Positions 34,801 to 41,569 of a stretch of 41,569 nucleotides of DNA are shown one piece after another. Every line of letters starts with the position of its first letter. Position 1 is the first letter of the stretch. The DNA comes from Moniliella sp. 'wahieum' (Eukaryota): positions 186,001 through 227,569 of the forward strand of contig RSEE01000098.1 in NCBI GenBank assembly GCA_003971905.1, in the 5' to 3' direction. The translations under genes were made by a program, and so were the position numbers. The notes beneath the pieces are model-generated. The model saw only the letters and a program-made list of their open reading frames with translations, did not search any database and was not told the DNA's origin.

Positions 34801-36204
34801 CGCGCCCCGTCCCCGACGCCTTCGACGCCTCCTGCCCGTCCGGCCGCTACTCCGCCGTCTGCTCAGCCCGCTCGTGCTGGTTCGCAGTCTCCCCCGTCGG
34901 CCATCGCTCGTCCCACTTACGCTCAGGCTGCTCGGGCTGGTGCCCAGTCTCCCCCGCCGGGCATCGCTCGTGCAGCCCCTCCGGAGCCTGCTCCGGAGGG
35001 TGCGCAGTCTCCATCGCCTGCCTTGTCTCCCGTTGGCCCAGGTCAGCATGTCCATACTGGTCCGCCTAGCACGCCTGGTGGTTCCAGAGTAGCTTCTTTG
35101 GGATCCAAGCCAAACGCTCCCCAGGGTGACTCAGATCAGATTAAGGTGACGATAATCCTGTCTGAGCGGCTAGACCCAGTTGATATTACCATCGGTTTAA
35201 ATGAGTGCCGTAGTACGTGCCTGCCCCCCCTCCCCCTTCGTCCCCCTCTCGGTGCTAACTTCCACACACTTTTTCCAGAGTACTCGTGTCCTGGATGCAG
35301 TTACTCTCACCGTAAGCCGGACAAAATTCGGAACCATGCGGAAAGCTGCTTCGATCTCAAATCGTTCCTTGCTGCTAGCATTTACAATACTCCTTGGATC
35401 CACGTTAAACATGCCCTGGAAAAGGTCGACTTGGAGTATTGTGACCGCCTGCGCCTCCTCTTCTGCAAAGCGTGTCAATCGTATGTTTCTCCATCCCATT
35501 TGTTAAAGGCCACAAGGATCGCACGCCTCGGAAATCACCCCACCTTTACCGCGGAGCGGGCCAAAGAGGCCCGCTCCGTGTTGCGTGCCATGCCCGAAAA
35601 CATGCAACCACGCACACCTTCGGAGGATATGTTTCCTTTGCCTCTTACGGAGCCTGTGGATAGGGTGCCTGTCCGCGATAAGCACCTTGTGTGCAGGAAG
35701 TGTTTCCGGGTGTTGGGTTACCGGAGAATCAGGAACACCATCAACGTTCTTTCGGCCATCGATACGTCAGCGTGCGCATGACGACGCAAAATGTGGCATA
35801 CGGGATCAAGCGTGCCATCCTTAGGGCCGATGGTAGTTGCCTGGGTTTTTCTAACCCCGCCACGACGGTTGGGCTGGCGAGTCCTACGAACGATGCGGCC
35901 ACAAGGAACCAGCAGGAGGACAATGAGGAACAGAATGCTCTCGAACCCTTTGAAAATGGCGTTCGCGCGGTGGAGTCTACAAGCAGCGGCCGCGGGCGCG
36001 TCGGGGTGCGGGTACAGGTGCTTCGGAATCCGCTGAGGTGACCGCCAAAGAGGTTGATGCTCCACCGGGTCCCGGCCAGACTCCGCCCGCTCGTCCAGCA
36101 GCCCCCCGTCCGGCCCGTGTGGGTGAGCAGGACCTTCCGCGGGCAAACGACCTTGGACGGATCAGACGAGGGCCTCTGAGGTATTTTTTGAGGTCGAAGA
36201 AGCC
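31879..36204 (+). mobile_element. Subtelomeric module X, copy 2 (4.3 kb): terminus, about 361-bp internal tandem repeats and a truncated DUF3505-type gene
   Basis: Starts CC|TAGTCTTATATT. Repeat units at about 32172-32490 and 32533-32853, with a diverged unit at about 33933-34186. Ends at CC|TAGAC inside the ORF. Treating the whole span as one element is inference. Confidence 0.55.
34747..36204 (+). pseudogene. 5' fragment of a DUF3505/OrsD zinc-binding protein resembling the N-terminus of fungal telomere-linked RecQ helicases; intron 35213-35278; truncated
   Basis: Starts cccaccATG with a Pro-rich leader and has an in-frame 66-nt GTACGT..CTAAC..CAG intron. Then YSCPGC..NHAESC, LEYCDRLRLLFCKACQSYVSPSHL, PLPLTEPVDRVPV..LVCRKC and, after one indel, EHHQRSFGH. 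No helicase motifs appear before module Y interrupts. Family assigned by pattern recognition only. Confidence 0.6.
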
Positions 36205-36295
36205 TAGACATATGTTCATTGATACATCTGGTATGAGTGACCGATGAAACGATCACCGGAGCCTAGACGTATGTTCAGTGATACAGTTGGTATGG
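36205..36295 (+). repeat. Subtelomeric module Y, second occurrence
   Basis: Same two TAGAC-headed units as 31707-31780, with 21 extra bp between them. Confidence 0.75.
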
Positions 36296-36469
36296 CTTAC
36301 AAGGGCATGCCCACCCCACCCATTCAGGGTTGAGACAACTTTTGACTGGCAGACCGGGGGAGTGAGTTTTTTTGAATAGCCCCAGGCCGTAGCTTTCCAA
36401 CGATCCCACTCTCACTCCACTCCGATCTGACGCCTGGTCTTGCGTCGCGTGGGCACCCTAGCGTAGCCC

Positions 36470-37672
36470 TAGTCAGATATTCACGTGAAGGACTGCATAA
36501 CTCCGTCGATTTTCTCTATGAAAATGACGTTTTTCGTCTCAGAATTGCAGAGGTTGCAAAATGTCAGGCACCACAGTGTGTAAGTGCGAAAATGTGGCGC
36601 CTGACAGATGGTGACCTCTGACAGTTTGGGCGCGGGGCCTGTGTGCTGGAATGCAGAGTTTACGCTGGCCCGTCTGAAACGTGCGGAGGGCGAAGGGAGG
36701 TGCCTGACGGTTGGTGACCTCTGACAGTTTGGGTGCGGGGCCAGTGTCCTGTCGCGGTGCCAGCTCGAAAGGATCGGCATGGGGGCTACTTACTAATTAG
36801 CCCGCATGTGCCGCCCGCTAACACCGCATGTGCCATGTGACATGTGACACACGCTAACGCCGCATGCGGCAACGGATGTGACAGGTCCGGGGCGGGGAAT
36901 GTTCCGTGCGGGGTGGAGCCAGAGTGCAACCGCGGTGGCATGACCCGGGATGGGGCATTGCATGTACGTGTGAGGGTGGGTTACAATGGGTGTGTGACAT
37001 GCGACGCGCTGTGGACGCCGCGGTTTGGTGACGATAGTACGCCCGACAGGCGACCGCATCCACGTGCGTTACCGGGGAGCGTTGAATGTTGAACGCCGGG
37101 CTGGCCTGGAGCTGCAAAAGCGTGACGCGCAATGCTTGCAGCTGCTGCCAAGATGCCGCGTGCCGGAGCGGGGGGGGCGGCCTCCTGCGGAGGAGGACGC
37201 AGTGGCGCAGGGTGTGCGCTCAGGTACATCGTTGGCAGCGCGCTCCCGCACGTCCCTCAGGCCCAGCGCTCAGTCTGAGCTGCCAGTGCTGAACGCCCAG
37301 CGCCCAGGCCTCAGGCCTTCAACGTTCAGGCCTTCGGTCCAGCTCGGTTGGGATTCACTGCAAAAGTGCGGCCCTGCTGTACTGCCGGGTGGGCCTGGGG
37401 TGCAAATGCCAACTGTGGTTCGATGCATGCTGCAGATCAGGACAGTGCACACCAGTGCGCTGAGCTTGCCCTGAGCAAATATAGCCGGCCCTCCAACGCT
37501 GCTTGCGCCGTGTCCAGTCCCGACTCTGGCCTGTGGCCATCCGACCGCTGTCCACCGCTGTGCGCTGCCGGCGCAGCGCATCTGATGTTGGTGTGCGCAA
37601 ACCATTAATCCAGCGCCGCCACCGCCACCACCACCACCACCACCACCACCACTTTCACCACCACCACCACCC
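36470..37672 (+). mobile_element. Diverged X-family module (copy 3)
   Basis: Starts CC|TAGTCAGATATT. The block GTCAGGCACCACAGTGTG..AAAATGTGGCGCCTGAC..TGGTGACCTCTGACA sits 93 bp from the terminus, versus 95 bp in X. Its last about 180 bp match 37945-38107. Confidence 0.55.
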
Positions 37673-38107
37673 TAGTCTTATATTGGCGTGTGATGAGTCC
37701 TGTCAAAACGCGGCTCAATTAGTACTGAGACAGGTATTTTAGCACAAACTGGGACACCCCACGAAAAGTCAGCCACCACAGTGTGATGGGGACCAACATG
37801 TGGTGCCTGACGTTTGGTGATCTCTCACATTTCGGGTGGGGGCTGAGTCCTGGAATGCGGTATTCACGCCTGGAATGTGAGGAGGGCAAAATGAGCTCTG
37901 ACATTCTTTGATGGCGTTGGTTGCGCCAACGTAGCGGGCCCTGCCACGCTGCTTGCGCCGTGTCCAGTCCCAACTCTGGCCTGTGGCCATCCGACCGCTG
38001 TCCACCGCTGTGCGCGCTGCCGGCGCAGCGCATCTGATGTTGGTGTGCGCAAACCATTAATCCAGCGCCGCCACCGCCACCACCACTTTCACACACCACC
38101 ACCACCC
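37673..38107 (+). mobile_element. Subtelomeric module X, copy 4 (distal boundary unknown)
   Basis: The first about 190 bp are nearly identical to 31312 and 31879 onward, followed by internal deletions relative to those copies. Confidence 0.65.
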
Positions 38108-38459
38108 ATGTCACCATGCATGGCCGTCTCGTGGTGAGCATCGTCCATATCCGTGCTTCATTTGGCGCTAGCACACCTCTATGCGCGTTGCCCCTGACCG
38201 TGAGGCAGATGGAGGATCTGATGCATGCCTCCAACAGTGCTTGCTCACTGTTGGTAGCATGCCAATGTGAGTCAGAACGGATGAGAGACGGCTGAGATAT
38301 CGCCATTTTGGTCCCGCCGGCGTACGCCACCATCTCATCCCAGCATGCATCGATCCCAGCCGCTCCCGCTCAGGTGCACGCCTCATCCAAGCCTCCCGCT
38401 GCAGCGTACTCCCTCGCCTTCCACCAGGGCAGGCCTACATCGACTACCATCTGCATCTG

Positions 38460-38950
38460 TCCACCAGCTGAAGCGATGGTGCACAGCAGGTCCAAACACG
38501 GGCAGGTGGGTGTTGATGGCGCCGCCGCTCCACCAGTTGTCGTCGGATGCCAGAGATCGTCGCGCCCCATCGTGCACTACAAGCAGGGCTTCCAGGGGAG
38601 GTAAGGCGCTCCAGGATTGGTCCAGCATTGAGGTCAGAACACGCCCCAACATCTGATGTTAGCTTGATTCGGATGAAGGTCTATGTTGACGGCGCCGGCA
38701 CAGCACCAATCCTCATCAAACAATAGATTGCATACATGCCCATCTTGCTTCAGAAGCAGGGCTTCCATGGGAGGTCGGGGGCACGCAGATTGGGCCCGGA
38801 TTGGGGTCACACCACATGTGAACATCAGAGGTTAGGTCCAAACAGCGGATGGTCGATGTTGATGCTGCCGGCGTTCAACCAATTCTGGACGAATCAGAGA
38901 TCTGTCAACGGTGTAGCGTAGCCCAGAATCAAGGCTTTCAAGAATGATGA
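38460..38950 (-). pseudogene. Decayed reading frame with three about 58-aa repeats, unknown family
   Basis: Repeats at 173-bp spacing translate as LKALIL..NWLNAGSINIDHPLFGP, MEALLL..DWCCAGAVNIDLHP and LEALLV..NWWSGGAINTHLPVFGP. In-frame TGA stops are present. Confidence 0.45.
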
Positions 38951-40254
38951 TGCGCTTTTGATTCGGTCCAGGATTGAGGTTACAACCACATGCAATTACC
39001 TCAGGTGCGGTCCAGACGGCGCACGGTCCCAACAAACAGCGTCGGTGCCCCACCCATATGGGACGAGTCAGAGCACGAGTGGTGGCGTAGCGTGCCCCAG
39101 GTATCCTCTTTCAGACGCGCACGCGTGGGGCGCAAGACGATGCACCGCGATGGAGAACGGGCGTGTGGCGGTGGATGCGTTGGTGGTGGTGGCGGCTTGG
39201 TCGATTTGGTGGCGGCCGAGCCAATCTGACCGCGCAGGCTGCGCGTGCATCGGTGCAATTGCAAATGTTAATATTTTCAGCCCGCGGCGGATGAATGCAC
39301 GGGCCAGGCGACGGATCTGGTTGGTTTCTTACCACGCCCCCCCCCAACCCGGCTGGCTTTGCCCGCCCCCCAAGGTCTGTTGCCTCGTTTAGCCCCTCGT
39401 TCTGAGCCTCCTTTCCCCCATTCGGTGCCTCCCGCGCCTCATCTTCCACACACCGGCCCTCTACTACTGCGCTCTCGCCTCTGTGTCTTCTGTCCAGCTT
39501 CTGGGTCTCTGCAGGTACTGCCCGCCACCCCGGGGCTCTTTCCCACGCCCCCCTGCCTCCCGACCCGTCCCAGCGCCGCGCTCCCACCTCCCACGCACGC
39601 CCAGGCCATCCCCGCCATTGACTCGGCCACCACCGCCATTCATTCGGCCACCACCATCATTCCTTCGGCCATCGCCACCGTCGGGTCGGGCAAGCGGAAG
39701 CATGGGATGGTGCAGGGGATGGTGCATGCCTGCTGGCCTCAGTCTGGCGCGCTGGCCGTCCATGGTCACAGCCTCGCCTGCCCCCACCACTGCCGCGCTT
39801 GAGTTGGTTGTCTGGACGCTTGGCTTGGCCATCCGGATCCTCGTCTTGGCCATCTTCGTTCCAGGCTCGGCCATGCCAACGCATACCGTGCAGCGTGCCA
39901 TGCCGTCCCGTTTGGACGCTCTGCCGGCCCATGTGCACTCGCTTGGCGAACCTGCTGTCACCCTGCTTGGGATGCTCATCCCAACCGCCGTCTTGGCCAT
40001 GTGCAACCTGAGCGCATCGGTACGCATCCCATCCCATTCCATCCCATGCCACCCTGCCTCATTCTGACCCGCTCTTGCACCAGCGTTCTGCCACTCATCC
40101 CTCCGCTCTCCGCCATCATTGCCCCCATCTCAACGCTCGTCAGGGCCATGCTCAAGCTCGAGCAGCCCATGGGCCAGTACAACGTCGTGCTCTGTCTGTC
40201 TGTCGCGTCCACCCTTGCGCTCCCCCGACGGCCCCTGTTGTTTCCACCTTGTGC

Positions 40255-40830
40255 CAGGCATCTCCAAGCTTGCGCCGGCCACGTCCAAGCACGCGCCCAC
40301 CGCCTCGCAGCCTGTGCTTGCCATGTGCTTGTGCCCATCGTCTTTATCCTTGTGCCCGCCATGAGCAAGCATGTGCCACCGCTTCCAAGCCTGCACTCCG
40401 CATCTCCAAGCTTGTACCCGCCACCAAGCCGGTGCTCCCCATCCCCAAGCCTGTCGTCCCCACCAAGCCTGTGCTCGCCATCTTCAGCCTGTGCTCGGGA
40501 CCAAGCTTGGGCTCGCGATCAACCTGGTGCTCATCATCTCCGAGCCTGCGCTCTGTCCTCAAGCTTGTGCTCGCGAACAAGCCTGTGCTCATCATCTCCA
40601 AGCCTGCCCTCACCACCAAGCATGTGCTCATCATCTCCAAACCTGGGCTGCGCACCAAGCTTGTGCTCGTCATCCCCAAGCTTGTACTCGCCACCAACCT
40701 CTGCCCATCATCTCCAAGCCTGCGCCCTCCACCCACGCTCTCCATCCCCAAGCCTGTGCTCGTCATCTCCAAGCCTGCGCTCCCCATCAAGCCTCTGCTC
40801 GCCATCTCCACGCCTCTGCTCCCCGTCGTC
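40255..40830. repeat. Minisatellite of 18/21-bp units (CATCTCCAAGCCTGTGCTC-like)
   Basis: CCAAGC(C/T)TG recurs roughly every 18-21 bp across about 570 bp. Confidence 0.85.
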
Positions 40831-41045
40831 AACATCAAGCATGTATAGGAACATAGCAATGCATACCATCATTCAGCCTACCTCTCCATGCACTCTAGTA
40901 CATGCACCACAGAAGCATCCGAGCGCCTGTCATAGATGTTGAAGCGTACAATGACGACGACCATCGTGGGTCTTTGAGGCGAACGTAACGACTGTCCCCC
41001 TTTGTCAAGCGCATCATGGCATGCACTTGCATAGATGATCAACAG

Positions 41046-41449
41046 GTGTGGGTGGTGGGTCGGGTGGGTAGGGTTAGGGATGGGTGGGTGTAACTTTTGA
41101 ACGGTGCGTCGGATCGAAAAACGGAGGCCATATGCTGCAACGAGCGGACGATTTCGTAGCGAGCTATCGTCGAGGCCATCGGAGGGTGGGTGTTGTGGGT
41201 CGGGGTGGGTAGGGTTAGGGATGGGGGGTGTAACTTTTGAACGGTGGGTCGGATGGCGAATCTGAGGCCATATGCTGCATAGAGCGGACGATTTCGTAGC
41301 GAGCTATCGTCGAGGCCATCGGGGTGGGGTGGGTTGGGTCGGGTGGGTAGGGTTAGGGATGGGGGGGTGTAACTTTTGAACGGGTGGTCCAATCGAAAAA
41401 CGGAGGGCATATGCTGCATAGAGCGGACGATTTTATAGCGAGCTATCGC
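41046..41449 (+). repeat. Telomere-associated tandem repeat, 3 x about 140 bp, each unit containing TAGGGTTAGGG
   Basis: GTAACTTTTGAACGG occurs near 41090, 41230 and 41369, each preceded by GGGTGGGTAGGGTTAGGGATGGG. Confidence 0.9.
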
Positions 41450-41527
41450 CTCGGCATAACTCTCTCCCCTTCGGGTAGCTCGCTATCGCCTCGGCATAAC
41501 TCTCTCCCCTTCGGGTAGCTCGCTATC
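41442..41527 (+). repeat. 40-bp direct tandem duplication next to the telomere
   Basis: GCTATCGCCTCGGCATAACTCTCTCCCCTTCGGGTAGCTC occurs twice, plus a partial third copy. Confidence 0.9.
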
Positions 41528-41544
41528 TACCCTCGGCCCTCCCC

Positions 41545-41569
41545 TAGGGTTAGGGTAGGTTAGGGTTAG
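41545..41569 (+). repeat. Start of the telomeric (TTAGGG)n tract
   Basis: TAGGGTTAGGGTAGGTTAGGGTTAG at the very end of the sequence, with the G-rich strand pointing outward. Only about 4 units are visible. Confidence 0.8.

Noticed and set aside
31310..37680. CTAG|TC junctions read as Helitron head-to-tail concatemers
   Set aside because: No 3' hairpin precedes these CTAGs, the upstream sequences are unrelated truncations, TAG belongs to the downstream module, and Y modules read CTAG-AC.
31312..41569. Telomeric retroelement (Penelope-like or MoTeR-like) array
   Set aside because: The polarity would fit, but I see no reverse-transcriptase motifs, no telomeric repeats or poly(A) at the junctions, and the internal gene retains an intron. 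Not supported here, though not excluded.

Overview
Right-hand end of a GC-rich fungal chromosome, ending in TTAGGG repeats. It is probably an intron-poor basidiomycete such as a member of Ustilaginomycotina (inference from intron density and protein style). The assembly looks like unpolished long reads: even essential genes carry many single-base indels, so gene models were stitched across frames by eye. Bases 1-22.1 kb are gene-dense: RPS2 3' end, intron-containing tRNA-Ala(CGC), ketopantoate reductase, a secreted pepsin-like protease with a large GSYGS insertion, BRR2, HPC2-like, a divergent RasGEF and a GMC oxidoreductase. Bases 22.7-25.5 kb hold a cluster of non-autonomous Helitrons. These are followed by a 3-hydroxyacyl-CoA dehydrogenase/YWTD-propeller fusion and a Reg1-like PP1 regulator. 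From 31.3 kb the subtelomere is a nested stack of modules that all begin with the same terminal consensus (CC|TAGWCnnATRTT). At all three junctions that can be checked, the module truncates the preceding sequence exactly at a CC dinucleotide. One module carries a cut-off DUF3505-type (telomere-linked-helicase-like) gene. This polar, CC-specific end-joining pattern is the best candidate for an undescribed system in the window.
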